Part shown: positions 54,213 to 63,933 of the stretch, piece by piece | Layout: the number at the start of each line of letters is the position of its first letter | Position numbering within the stretch: the stretch's first letter is position 1 | Assembly (NCBI GenBank): GCA_030692565.1 | Contig: JAUYAO010000004.1 | Location: 17,413-81,412, forward strand | DNA from: Nitrospira sp. | GTDB lineage: Bacteria; Nitrospirota; Nitrospiria; Nitrospirales; Nitrospiraceae | DNA length: 64,000 bases | Reading direction: 5' to 3' | Position numbers and translations under genes: made by a program | The notes under the pieces: generated by a model | The model's input: the letters and a program-made list of their open reading frames with translations, nothing else | Told to the model about the DNA's origin: nothing | Databases searched by the model: none

Positions 54213-55321
54213 ATGAAAGCTGTTGCCGTCATACCGGGTCAAGCCAGCTCCATCCATCTTGCCGATTTGCCGAAGCCGTCGGTTCATGAGATCCCGAACG
54301 GACGCGGGGTGCTGGTTCAAGTATTACGCGTGGGGGTCGACGGAACCGACAAGGAAATCAACGCCGCGGAATACGGCCAGCGCCTCCCGGTTTTGAGTTT
54401 CTGGTCATCGGTCATGAATGCTTCGGGCGTGTACTGGAAGTCGGCGCGAACGTGACGGAGTTCATGCCGGGCGACTATGTTGTTCCGACCGTGCGGCGCC
54501 CAGGCGGCAGCTTCTACGATCAGATCGGCCAGTACGATATGACGCTGGACGACACGTACTATGAGCGCGGGATCAATCTGCGCCATGGGTATCTGACGGA
54601 ATTCTTTGTCGACGGTCCGGAATATCTCGTGAAGATCCCCAAAGGCCTCAAGGATGTGGCGGTGTTGCTGGAGCCGGCTTCGATCATCGAGAAGGGCATT
54701 ATCCAGGCGTATGAAGCGCAGCGCCGTTTCAAGATATGGCGGCCCAGGAAGGCGGCGGTGCTCGGCGCCGGGACGGTCGGTCTGCTGGCGGCTCTGTCGC
54801 TGAAGATGAGGGGCTTGGACGTTGTCAGCTTCGGCAAGCAGAGCGGGCCATCCCGCAACCTCGACCTGCTGGCGCAGTTGGGCGTGCGGTATATCTCGGC
54901 CGAGGATGTGTCGATCAGAGAAGCCGCAAAGCAGTATGGTCCCTTCGATCTGATGTTCGAAGCCACCGGCTACTCACCGGTCGCCTTCGAGGCCATGGAG
55001 GCCTTGGGTAAGAATGGCGTCCTCATTTTGGCCAGCGTGACCGGCGGCGACCGTGAACACGCGATACCCGCGGACAAGATCAATCTGGATTTCGTACTTG
55101 GGAATAAGCTCGTCGTCGGCACGGTCAACGCCAATCGGGAGTACTTCGAAGCGGGCGTCTACGACTTCGCGCGCGCGGAGCTGGAATTTCCCGGCTGGTT
55201 GTCGAAACTGCTGACCCATCCGGTCGTGGGCTTGGAGAATTACCGGGACATGATGCACCTGCTGACGACCGAGCCCAGCGCGATCAAAGTGTTTGTGAAT
55301 GTGGCGTACGACTGGCGATGA
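54213..55321 (+). pseudogene. MDR-family glucose 1-dehydrogenase-like zinc dehydrogenase, frame broken near 54378-54382
   Basis: MKAVAVIPG ... VGVDGTDKEINAAEYGQ is in one frame. (A)PPGFEFLVIGHECFGRVLEVGANVTEFMPGDYVVPTVRRP ... GAGTVG continues in the frame one base back. Confidence 0.75.
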
Positions 55322-55410
55322 TTCTTCTCTCAACTCTTTTGCCGTAAGGAATTCAGGGCTCGTGCGACTGAGGAGCAGAACACTTCTCCTCCCCGAGCAA
55401 GGAGCCTTGT

Positions 55411-56319
55411 ATGAACCTCCAATCTTCGACCAGTCCCGCCGTTCTCGCGGAACCCAGATCCCGTGAAGTCGAGCCGGTCGGTATAACTCCGTCCACCTCT
55501 GCGGTGCCGGGTCGGGCGATCCATACCGAACGGGTGTATCGCCACCGGCTGCCGGTCCGCATCGGTCACTGGCTGAATGTGGTCTGTCTCTTTATTCTGA
55601 TCATGAGCGGCCTCCAGATCTTCAATGCGCATCCGGCGCTTTATTGGGGGGATCGCTCGGATCGCGACAAGCCGCTTCTCTCCATGCAGGCCGTGAAGAA
55701 TGAGAGCGGGGAGATCCGCGGGCTGACAACGGTCTTAGGTCACGCCTTCGATACGACCGGCGTGCTGGGCTACTCCAATGGCATGAGGCAGGGCTTCCCC
55801 GGATGGGCGACGGTCCCGAGCGCCCGGTGGCTCGCGATGGGGCGGCAATGGCATCTCTTCTTCGCCTGGTTCTTTGTGATCAACGGACTGCTCTTTGCAA
55901 CCTATGCCTTCATCAGCCGACATTTCAAGAAAGATCTTCTGCCGACCGGCCAGGATCTGAAACAGATCCCGCAAGCGGTGAAAGACCATCTCGTGTTGCG
56001 TCACCCGAAAGGCGAGGAAGCGAAGCGCTACAACGTGTTGCAGAAGTTGGCCTACGTCAGCGTGATCTTCGGCCTCGCGCCACTGATCGTGCTGACCGGC
56101 CTGACGATGTCGCCCACGATCGATGCGGCTTTCCCCTGGCTGTTGAGCATCTTCGGCGGTCGCCAGGCGGCGCGCACGATTCATTTCATCGCCTGCTTCT
56201 CGTTCGTCGGATTTGTCGTAATCCATGTCTCGCAAGTCATTCTCACAGGATTCTTCAACAACATCCGGTCGATGATCACCGGATACTTCGTTGTATCGCA
56301 TGAAGGAGTGAAGCCATGA
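55411..56319 (+). CDS. membrane di-heme cytochrome b (PF01292-like, YedZ/PhsC-type)
   Basis: RIGHWLNVVCLFILIMSGLQIF plus further TM helices with conserved His (ARTIHFIACF). Confidence 0.7.
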   Translation: MNLQSSTSPAVLAEPRSREVEPVGITPSTSAVPGRAIHTERVYRHRLPVRIGHWLNVVCLFILIMSGLQIFNAHPALYWGDRSDRDKPLLSMQAVKNESGEIRGLTTVLGHAFDTTGVLGYSNGMRQGFPGWATVPSARWLAMGRQWHLFFAWFFVINGLLFATYAFISRHFKKDLLPTGQDLKQIPQAVKDHLVLRHPKGEEAKRYNVLQKLAYVSVIFGLAPLIVLTGLTMSPTIDAAFPWLLSIFGGRQAARTIHFIACFSFVGFVVIHVSQVILTGFFNNIRSMITGYFVVSHEGVKP

Positions 56320-57086
56320 AGCCTGAACGAGCTTTGGAGCGACGAGGATTTTTGAAGGGCACAGTCGGAGCCGCCGGTCTTCTCGCACTCGGCGGTTGCG
56401 ACAACCTGACGCAGAGCAACTGGTTTCCATCGATCTTGCAGAAGGCGGAACGTTTGACCGAAGGCATCCAGCGAGCGATTGCTCCGGCCAGTGCCATGGC
56501 GAAAGAGTATGGGGAGGCTGACATCTCACGGGTGTTCCCGGCAAACGGGAACACGGATCCAGGAACGGAAGAGTATGCCGAGATGGTGAAGAAGGATTTT
56601 GCCGACTGGGATGTGCTGATCGACGGGCTGGTGAAGACGCCGACGAGGTTTTCACTGGCCGCAATCAGGGAAATGCCGGCGCGGACCCAGATCACCCGGC
56701 ACGATTGTGTCGAGGGCTGGAGTGCCATCGGGAAGTGGACGGGCGTGCCGCTCGGCGACTTGCTGCGCAAAGTGGAGCCATTGCCGACGGCGAAGTATGC
56801 GGTCTTTCATTGTGCTGATGCCGACGACGAGGGTGTCCCGTACTACGAGAGTATGGCCGTCGCCGATTGCTTTCACCCCCAGACGATCCTGGCCTATGAC
56901 CTGAACGGCCGACCGCTCGACGTACCGCACGGCGCGCCGCTTCGTCTGCGCTTCGAACGCCAGCTCGGCTACAAGCAGGCGAAGTATGTGGAGCACATCG
57001 AACTGGTGGAATCCCTCGCCGATATTGGAGGAGGAAGGGGCGGCTATTGGGAAGACCAAGGATATGAGTGGTATGCGGGAATATAG
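56316..57086 (+). CDS. periplasmic molybdopterin-dependent oxidoreductase (YedY/MsrP-like)
   Basis: Tat-like RRGFLKGTVGAAGLLALGGC. Oxidoreductase molybdopterin-binding core (HDCVEGWSAIGKWTGVPL ... GAPLRL ... KYV). ATGA overlap with the cytochrome b gene. Confidence 0.75.
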   Translation: MKPERALERRGFLKGTVGAAGLLALGGCDNLTQSNWFPSILQKAERLTEGIQRAIAPASAMAKEYGEADISRVFPANGNTDPGTEEYAEMVKKDFADWDVLIDGLVKTPTRFSLAAIREMPARTQITRHDCVEGWSAIGKWTGVPLGDLLRKVEPLPTAKYAVFHCADADDEGVPYYESMAVADCFHPQTILAYDLNGRPLDVPHGAPLRLRFERQLGYKQAKYVEHIELVESLADIGGGRGGYWEDQGYEWYAGI

Positions 57087-57102
57087 CCAGCGAGAGTGAC
57101 CC

Positions 57103-58311
57103 GTGAAACATATAACCTGCTTCATATTCTCTTTCGGCGCGTTACTCCTCGCCGGCTGTCTCTCGCCGATTGCCATGCATCGGGCGGTGATCGAGTACGA
57201 CCGAACGGTGAGTTATGTCGAAGCCGATTTGCTGCTGCTCAACATCGCGCGTGCCCGCTACCATCGGCCGGTCCATTTCACGGCGGTCTCGAGCGTGGCG
57301 GCGACATTCGACTTCCGTACGAGCGCAGGCATTCGCGGCGGATTCGGTCCGGTGACGGATTCAGCCGACCGTCCGATCAATCTCGAGTACAGCGCCAGCG
57401 TGGCGGAGAATCCGACGATCACGATCGGGCCGATTACGGGCGAAGAGTTTACGAAGCGTGTCTTGCGTCCGCTGGATGAGGATAAGTTCGAGTTTCTCGT
57501 ACGGCAGGGCTATGACATCAACATGGTGCTACGCCTCATGGCGCGCGGCATTGCCATCGACGATGTCCGTGGGCCTCTCGTCTTGTTCAGCCAGCCGTCC
57601 CAGGCAGAGGGCTATCTGGAGTTTCGCCGCCGGCTGTTGCCCCTCGCGGGCTTGGATGCGGAGCGCAAGTTGTTCGTCGGTCCGATCCTCTTCGAAGAGA
57701 GCCAGACGGTGCGAACGAATCGCCCGCCGAACCCTGATGAAGTCGTGGCGGCGCTGGAAAAGGGGTTCCGATGGGAAGGCGACAGCGAGGGCAAGGTCCA
57801 TACAGTGCGTCGTAAGGCCGTCGGCCGGTTGTTGATCGCCAATTACGATCCGGCCAGGCTGTCGAACGACGAGCGGCGGGCTCTCCATGAGGAGGCGCAA
57901 CGAGTGCCGTCCGATTCGGTGTTGGTGGACCTCAGGCCGGGCCATCCCGGGGGCGACTATCCCTTGCACGGTTCGATTCTGCTTCGCAGCATGAACGCGA
58001 TTATCGGATTTGTGGCGCGCAGTATCGAGGAGGAACCGGAGATGATGGTGTCGCCCGATCCGCGGACCCAGCTTGTGGTGCGCAATCCGGCCAGGACACT
58101 GGAGATCGAAGAATCGGTCTCAAAGCCGGGCGACTATGAATTCTCCGTACCGTTTGACGGCCGCTACTACTCGATCCGCAAGTACCCCGTAAGCCAGGGA
58201 ATGGTTCCCAGTTGGAATCAGGAAGCATTCGCAGTGCTCTCGAATTTGTTTCAGATGACCGTCACCGATCTGACGAAGTATCCGACGCCGGCGATTGCGA
58301 TTGCCAAGTAG
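57103..58311 (+). CDS. hypothetical lipoprotein
   Basis: GTG start. Lipobox LLLAGC. No recognised domain. Confidence 0.5.
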   Translation: MKHITCFIFSFGALLLAGCLSPIAMHRAVIEYDRTVSYVEADLLLLNIARARYHRPVHFTAVSSVAATFDFRTSAGIRGGFGPVTDSADRPINLEYSASVAENPTITIGPITGEEFTKRVLRPLDEDKFEFLVRQGYDINMVLRLMARGIAIDDVRGPLVLFSQPSQAEGYLEFRRRLLPLAGLDAERKLFVGPILFEESQTVRTNRPPNPDEVVAALEKGFRWEGDSEGKVHTVRRKAVGRLLIANYDPARLSNDERRALHEEAQRVPSDSVLVDLRPGHPGGDYPLHGSILLRSMNAIIGFVARSIEEEPEMMVSPDPRTQLVVRNPARTLEIEESVSKPGDYEFSVPFDGRYYSIRKYPVSQGMVPSWNQEAFAVLSNLFQMTVTDLTKYPTPAIAIAK

Positions 58312-58401
58312 GGACGGGCTTCGTCGCAGACGGTGCCTGTCCCGATTGCTCGCGTACATCCAGCCGCGAATCGACGAACGTAATTGGAGAAGGAGGGCGC
58401 C

Positions 58402-58920
58402 ATGCTTGATCGCATCATGACCGGTACGCTCGTCATCCTTGCGGGGCTGTTGCTGCCCTGGGCCGTCGTCAATGCGGGAGCCGGCATGAAGGCGCCGGAC
58501 ATCACCAATTCCACCTGGCTGAACAGCGAACCCCTACGGCTGGCGGACCTGAGGGGGAAAGTAGTCATGGTCGAGTTCTGGACCTTCGGCTGTTACAACT
58601 GCCGGAACGTCGAGCCCTATGTGAAGCAATGGCATCAGAAGTATGCCGATCAGGGTTTCGTCATCATCGGCGTTCATTCGCCTGAGTTCTCGCACGAGCG
58701 CGAAATCGACAACGTGCGGCGCTATATCAAGGATCACGATATTCGTTTCGCTGTGCCGATCGATAACGACTTTTCGACGTGGAATGCCTACGGCAACCGC
58801 TATTGGCCGGCGATGTATCTCATCGACAAGCGCGGCGTGATCCGCCATGTGCGTGTCGGCGAAGGCGGCTACCAGGACACAGAAGCGAAGATTCAATCGC
58901 TGCTTGCTGAGCCGTCCTAA
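58402..58920 (+). CDS. thioredoxin-fold redoxin (TlpA/DipZ C-terminal-like), exported
   Basis: AGGAGG RBS. FWTFGCYNCRNVEPY carries the CxxC. An N-terminal signal/anchor is present. Confidence 0.8.
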   Translation: MLDRIMTGTLVILAGLLLPWAVVNAGAGMKAPDITNSTWLNSEPLRLADLRGKVVMVEFWTFGCYNCRNVEPYVKQWHQKYADQGFVIIGVHSPEFSHEREIDNVRRYIKDHDIRFAVPIDNDFSTWNAYGNRYWPAMYLIDKRGVIRHVRVGEGGYQDTEAKIQSLLAEPS

Positions 58921-58929
58921 GGGGGCAGG

Positions 58930-59928
58930 ATGCCACAGCTGTCACGGCGACGATTTCTGCAGACGACCGGGGGACTGTTGTTGGCGGCAGCCCTGCCCTC
59001 GTCGGCCGCAGCCGGAGTGCTGAACCGCCTCTTCGGTCAGCCCGAGCCGAAGCTGACGAAGTCGATCACGCCCAACGATGAATTCTACGTCACTTCCTAC
59101 CGCAGTCCTCCGACGATTCGCCTCAACGAGTGGTCCTTGGTGATCAACGGCCTGGTCGAACGGCCCATGACTCTGACGTACGATCAATTGCTGGCCAAGC
59201 CGACAATCTCGCAGATCGTGACGCTCGAATGCGTTGGGAATACGGTGGCGGGGGAATTTATCAGCACGGCCGAGTGGGAAGGGGTCTCGCTTCGCGCGTT
59301 GCTGGAGGAAGCCGGTGTCAGTGCAAGAGCCTATGATGTCGTCTTCCGTGCGGCCGATGGTTATTCAGACGGGATTCGTCTCGATCGTGCGGTGGCGGGC
59401 GATGTGTTGATCGCGCACAGGATGAACGGAGTGCCGCTTCCTCTAGGCCACGGATTTCCTGCCCGCATGATTGTGCCCGGCCATTACGGCATGAAGAGCG
59501 TGCAATGGCTGACGGCGATCGACGTCGTGGCCGAGGATTACAAGGGCTACTACGCGCAGAAGGGCTGGACCGACGAGGCGATCATCAAGACCACCTCACG
59601 CATCGATCTGCCAGGACATGGCACAACCCTTACAGGGGGGCGTCATAGGGTGGAAGGCCTTGCCTTCGCCGGTGTTCGAGGCATCAGGCGGGTCGAGATC
59701 AGCACAGACGGCGGGGAACATTGGATGCCCGCGATGCTCGATGTCCCGCTTTCGAATGCTGCATGGCGATTCTGGCGTTACGACTGGGCGGTTCTGAATC
59801 CCGGCCGGCATACGCTCCTTGTCCGCGCCATAGATGGTACCGGGAAGGTTCAATCATCCGTCGAACAGGACCCGGCTCCGGATGGGGCAGCCGGGCTGCA
59901 CGAGATCACGGTGACAGTCGAACCCTGA
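58930..59928 (+). CDS. sulfite-oxidase-family molybdoenzyme (Tat-exported)
   Basis: SRRRFLQTTGG twin-arginine signal. LECVGN (Mo-ligand Cys region), HRMNGVPLPLGHGFPARMIVPG, and a C-terminal Ig-like dimerisation region. Confidence 0.8.
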   Translation: MPQLSRRRFLQTTGGLLLAAALPSSAAAGVLNRLFGQPEPKLTKSITPNDEFYVTSYRSPPTIRLNEWSLVINGLVERPMTLTYDQLLAKPTISQIVTLECVGNTVAGEFISTAEWEGVSLRALLEEAGVSARAYDVVFRAADGYSDGIRLDRAVAGDVLIAHRMNGVPLPLGHGFPARMIVPGHYGMKSVQWLTAIDVVAEDYKGYYAQKGWTDEAIIKTTSRIDLPGHGTTLTGGRHRVEGLAFAGVRGIRRVEISTDGGEHWMPAMLDVPLSNAAWRFWRYDWAVLNPGRHTLLVRAIDGTGKVQSSVEQDPAPDGAAGLHEITVTVEP

Positions 59929-59953
59929 TTGGGCTGTTGTCCGAGCGGCTCGC

Positions 59954-60997
59954 CTAGCGCAGTGAGGCCAGGTCAATCACGAATCGAAACCGCACGTCAC
60001 CCTTGAGGACGCGTTCGTAGGCGTCGTTCACCTGCTGGATTGGAATCACTTCGACGTCGGACTCGATGTGGTGTTCCGCGCAGAAGGCGAGCATCTCCTG
60101 AGTCTCGCGGATGCCGCCGATCACGGAGCCGGCGATGCTCCGTCGATGCAGAATCAACGGAAACGGTTCGAGCGGCGCCGGTTTTTCCGGCGCGCCGACA
60201 AGGATCAACGTCCCATCGGTCTTCAGCAAATTGACTAAGGCGTTGTAGTCATGCGGAGCCGAGACGGTATCGATGATGAAATCGAAATGCCGCTGCAGCT
60301 TGGCAAACGTGCCGGGTTGCGACGTGACCTCGAAATGCGCGGCTCCTAAACGCATGGCGTCTTGCCGCTTCTTCTCCGAGGTGCTCAGGACGGTGACTTC
60401 GGTGCCGAGTGCCCGTGCGATCTTCACGGCCATGTGACCAAGCCCGCCTAAACCCACCACCGCGAGCTTATGATACTTGCCGACGCCCCAGTGACGGAGC
60501 GGGGAATAGGTCGTGACGCCTGCGCACAGGAGCGGGGCGGCGCCGGCGGCTGAGAGGGCTTGGGGAATCCGCAATGCATACTGCGCATCGACCACGATCT
60601 GGGTGGAGTAGCCGCCCTGGGTGATCTGGCCGCTCTTGTCGCGTCCGCTGTAGGTGAGCAGCATGCCAACGTCGCAATACTGCTCTAGCCCTTCCCGGCA
60701 AGAAGGGCAGCTTCGGCAGGAATCGACAAAGCAGCCTACCCCAGCCCGGTCGCCTGTCTTGAACGTCTTGACCTCTTTTCCGACGCGCGCCACTGTTCCG
60801 ACGATTTCATGCCCCGGCACCATGGGGAAAATGGACCCGCCCCATTCGTCCCGGGCTTGATGGATGTCGGAGTGGCAGATGCCGCAATGGGTGATGGTGA
60901 TCAGGATGTCGCGAGGACCGACCTCACGCCGTTCGAATGAGAACGGCGTCAACGCCGCCTTGGCGGTCATTGCGGCGTAGCCTTTGGTTTGCAGCAT
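59954..60997 (-). CDS. zinc-dependent NAD(P) alcohol dehydrogenase (cinnamyl-ADH/YahK-like)
   Basis: GICHSDIH, GHEIVG, the structural-zinc CxxCxxCxxxxxxxC motif, and GLGGLGH. Confidence 0.88.
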   Translation of the reverse strand: MLQTKGYAAMTAKAALTPFSFERREVGPRDILITITHCGICHSDIHQARDEWGGSIFPMVPGHEIVGTVARVGKEVKTFKTGDRAGVGCFVDSCRSCPSCREGLEQYCDVGMLLTYSGRDKSGQITQGGYSTQIVVDAQYALRIPQALSAAGAAPLLCAGVTTYSPLRHWGVGKYHKLAVVGLGGLGHMAVKIARALGTEVTVLSTSEKKRQDAMRLGAAHFEVTSQPGTFAKLQRHFDFIIDTVSAPHDYNALVNLLKTDGTLILVGAPEKPAPLEPFPLILHRRSIAGSVIGGIRETQEMLAFCAEHHIESDVEVIPIQQVNDAYERVLKGDVRFRFVIDLASLR

Positions 60998-61164
60998 GGA
61001 GATGCTCCTGGTATGGGTAAGTTAGCGAAGGGCTCCAAGACCATAGCAAGTTAGCAGTCGGATGCCAATGGGGAATGTGTCGCGACGGAGTGAGCCGTCA
61101 ACCGCGGGGCCTATCCTTCGTTGTATGATGCAGCGAGTTAACCCATGTCGAAGGAGTGTCTGCG

Positions 61165-62493
61165 ATGCCCATGACCTTTCAGGATGCGCGGCATCTGTTG
61201 GCTCGCACGGGATTCGGTGGGACTCCCGAAGAAATCCGCGAACTGACTGCGCTCGATCGTGAGGCCGCCATCGATCGACTGCTTGCCGGAGTTGCCCCCA
61301 CTGCCAGGACGAGCGCTCCCTCCCATGTGCTCAATGCTCTGCCGCCTGCCGAGGGGATGAAGGGGTTGAGCGTCGAGCAGAAGAAGGCGTTCAAACAGGA
61401 GCGGCGGGAGGACGCCTTCGAGCTGAAGGGCTGGTGGTATCAGGAGCTCCTCACCACGCCATCCCCGTTGACTGAACGGATGACCCTGTTCTGGCACAAT
61501 CACTTTACGTCCAGTTTTCACAAGGTCAAATGGCCGGCGTTGCTGTACCACCAGAACGTGCTGCTTCGCCACCATGCGCTCGGTTCGTTCCGAGATCTGC
61601 TCTTTCAGATTGCGAAGGATCCGGCGATGGTGCTGTATCTGGATACGCAGACCAACCATAAGGATCATCCCAACGAGAATTTTGCCCGCGAGCTCTTCGA
61701 GCTGTTCACTCTTGGGGAAGGGCAGTACACCGAGATCGACATCAAGGAAGCGGCCCGCGCCTTTACCGGCTGGCATGTTGCCCTCCATCACGGCGGCGGG
61801 TTCGCGTTCAACTGGCGCCAACATGATGCGGGCGCCAAGCATGTGTTGGGGAAGACCGGGGCGTTTGGGGGTGATGATATTCTCGCGATCGCGCTCGATC
61901 AGCCGGCCTGTGCACGCTACCTCACGGCCAAATTGTGGCGGGAGTTTATTTCGGACGAGCCGGAGGCGCGCGAGGTCGATCGGCTCGCGGCGGAGGTTCG
62001 AAATAGTGGGTATCAGATCAAACCGCTGCTGCGGGGGCTGCTGACGCTGCCGCAGTTCTGGGCATCCGAGACGCGCGGAGTGCTCGTGAAGTCGCCGGTC
62101 GAATTACTGGTCGGTACCGTCCGTCTTCTGAATCTGCCCATTCAAGACACGGCCATGCTTGCAAAATATGGGAAACGCCTGGGGCAGGATCTCTTCGATC
62201 CCCCCAACGTGAAGGGCTGGCCCGGAGGGACTCGCTGGATTACCAGTGCGACGCTGTTGAATCGTTGGCAACTCTTGCAACGGGGCCTGCGGGGTGCGGA
62301 CATGGGCGGACCCATGCATACGCATGCGACGATGAGCGAGATGCACGGCGCCGCCTGGATGACGGAGGAAGAGTCGGAGACCGTGCAAGCGGTCTTGGTT
62401 CCGGTGCCGCCGGTCAATCCGATTCCGACGGGAGCGGATCGGTGGCAGAGGGTGCATCATCTGGTGATGGATCCGACCTATCAATTGAAGTGA
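61165..62493 (+). CDS. DUF1800-family protein
   Basis: AAGGAG RBS. The HLLARTGFG, LFWHNHF and ELFTLG motifs are typical of DUF1800. Paired with DUF1501 downstream. Confidence 0.75.
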   Translation: MPMTFQDARHLLARTGFGGTPEEIRELTALDREAAIDRLLAGVAPTARTSAPSHVLNALPPAEGMKGLSVEQKKAFKQERREDAFELKGWWYQELLTTPSPLTERMTLFWHNHFTSSFHKVKWPALLYHQNVLLRHHALGSFRDLLFQIAKDPAMVLYLDTQTNHKDHPNENFARELFELFTLGEGQYTEIDIKEAARAFTGWHVALHHGGGFAFNWRQHDAGAKHVLGKTGAFGGDDILAIALDQPACARYLTAKLWREFISDEPEAREVDRLAAEVRNSGYQIKPLLRGLLTLPQFWASETRGVLVKSPVELLVGTVRLLNLPIQDTAMLAKYGKRLGQDLFDPPNVKGWPGGTRWITSATLLNRWQLLQRGLRGADMGGPMHTHATMSEMHGAAWMTEEESETVQAVLVPVPPVNPIPTGADRWQRVHHLVMDPTYQLK

Positions 62494-62503
62494 GGGGGAC
62501 GAG

Positions 62504-63688
62504 ATGTTTCGACGAGACCTGCTGAAACTGGCGGCGACGCTCCCGCTTCTGGTGCTGGCTCCACGGCCGTGTGACCTTTTCGCGGCTCCTTCCGCGCCTG
62601 CGCGGGGCCGGTGGGATCGCATTCTGATCTTGGTCGAGTTGCACGGAGGCAATGACGGGCTCAATACACTCGTGCCGTATTCCGACGAGCGGTATTACCA
62701 GGCTCGCCCTCATCTGGCGATTCCTCGCGAGCGGGTGCTGCAGCTCTCGCCGTCGGTCGGGGTGCACTATGCGCTGGAGCCGCTCATGCCTCTCTGGGAG
62801 AAGCAGCAGTTGGCGATTATCCAGGGTGTCGGTTATCCCGATCCGAACCGATCGCATTTCCGGTCGATCGAAATCTGGGACACGGCGTCGGCCAGCCAGC
62901 AAGTATTGGATGAGGGCTGGCTCGCCCGTTTGTTTGAGACCTATCCGTTGCCGGCAGAGTACACTGCCGACGGAATTCTCCTCGGCCAGCGAGACGGCGG
63001 GCCGTTGAGCGGCAGGACAGTCCGGACGGTCGCGCTGCATGATCCGCAGCAGTTTCTCCAGCAGGCCAGTCACGTGAAGGCGGTGGAACAATCGAGTCCC
63101 AATCGTGCACTGGCTCACATCCTCCAGGTGCAACGGGAACTTACCCATGCCGCAGGCGATCTGGCTATACGCTTGCAACATGCCTCGCCGCTGCAGACGA
63201 CTTTCCCTCCGTCGCCGATCGGACACCAGCTGGAGACGGCGGCGCAATTGCTGGCGGCCAAGGTGCCGGTGGCAGTCATCAAAGTCTCGCAGACGGGTTT
63301 CGATACTCATGCCGGTCAGCTGGGGCATCATGAGCGGTTGTTGAAGGAGCTCGCCGACGGGCTGGTCGCGTTCCGTCAGGCAATGGTTCAAGCCGGACTG
63401 TGGGATCGCGTCTTGCTGATGACCTATTCAGAATTCGGCCGGCGGGTCGGCGAGAACGCCAGTGCCGGAACGGATCATGGGACTGCGGCTCCGCATTTCT
63501 TCCTGGGCGGATCTGTGAAGGGCGGATTGTACGGAAGCATGCCGTCGCTGAACGATCTTCAGGAAGGGGATCTGAGATATCGGGTCGACTACCGGAGTCT
63601 ATATGCCACGGTGATGCGATCATGGTGGGGGATTCCGGGAACGACGATCGTGGGGCCGGAGTATCAGGCGATCAATTGTCTGGAGTGA
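62504..63688 (+). CDS. DUF1501-family (sulfatase-fold) protein, Tat signal
   Basis: RRDLLKLAA. GGNDGLNT, FDTH, EFGRR and GTDHG motifs. Confidence 0.8.
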   Translation: MFRRDLLKLAATLPLLVLAPRPCDLFAAPSAPARGRWDRILILVELHGGNDGLNTLVPYSDERYYQARPHLAIPRERVLQLSPSVGVHYALEPLMPLWEKQQLAIIQGVGYPDPNRSHFRSIEIWDTASASQQVLDEGWLARLFETYPLPAEYTADGILLGQRDGGPLSGRTVRTVALHDPQQFLQQASHVKAVEQSSPNRALAHILQVQRELTHAAGDLAIRLQHASPLQTTFPPSPIGHQLETAAQLLAAKVPVAVIKVSQTGFDTHAGQLGHHERLLKELADGLVAFRQAMVQAGLWDRVLLMTYSEFGRRVGENASAGTDHGTAAPHFFLGGSVKGGLYGSMPSLNDLQEGDLRYRVDYRSLYATVMRSWWGIPGTTIVGPEYQAINCLE

Positions 63689-63701
63689 GGGGTCCGGTTC
63701 A

Positions 63702-63881
63702 TCACGTATCCGGATCTTCGTCTGCCGGATCTTCTTGGTCGACGGTCAGCGGCGTGCCCGGAATACGATAGCCTCCGGTGGCCCAGGTGCCCAGGTCCGT
63801 GAGCTGACAGCGTTCGGAACAGAAGGGGCGCCAGTGATTGTCCTTCCACTCGGTGGGTGTGCGGCAGACCGGGCATTTCAT
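63702..63881 (-). CDS. yacG: DNA gyrase inhibitor YacG (zinc-binding, 59 aa)
   Basis: Translated by hand: MKCPVCRTPTEWKDNHWRPFCSERCQLTDLGTWATGGYRIPG... This shows the CPxC ... RPFCSxRC ... DLG.W signature. It is absent from the ORF track because it falls below the size cut-off. Confidence 0.8.
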   Translation of the reverse strand: MKCPVCRTPTEWKDNHWRPFCSERCQLTDLGTWATGGYRIPGTPLTVDQEDPADEDPDT

Positions 63882-63933
63882 GCCGGAAGTCTACCATTCT
63901 CCCGGCTTGGTTAGGCAAGAGGGCGGGCGTTTG

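Noticed and set aside
53991-54455. 154-aa ORF treated as an independent gene
   Set aside because: Its first 74 codons overlap the 3' end of the AOX-like gene out of frame. The remainder is the N-terminal part of the frameshifted dehydrogenase.
55735-56664. 309-aa minus-strand ORF
   Set aside because: Antisense to the cytochrome b and Mo-oxidoreductase genes. Pro/Arg/Ser-rich.
63664-63918. 84-aa minus-strand ORF from the track
   Set aside because: Different frame from the clearly recognisable yacG. Arg/Pro/Gly-rich.
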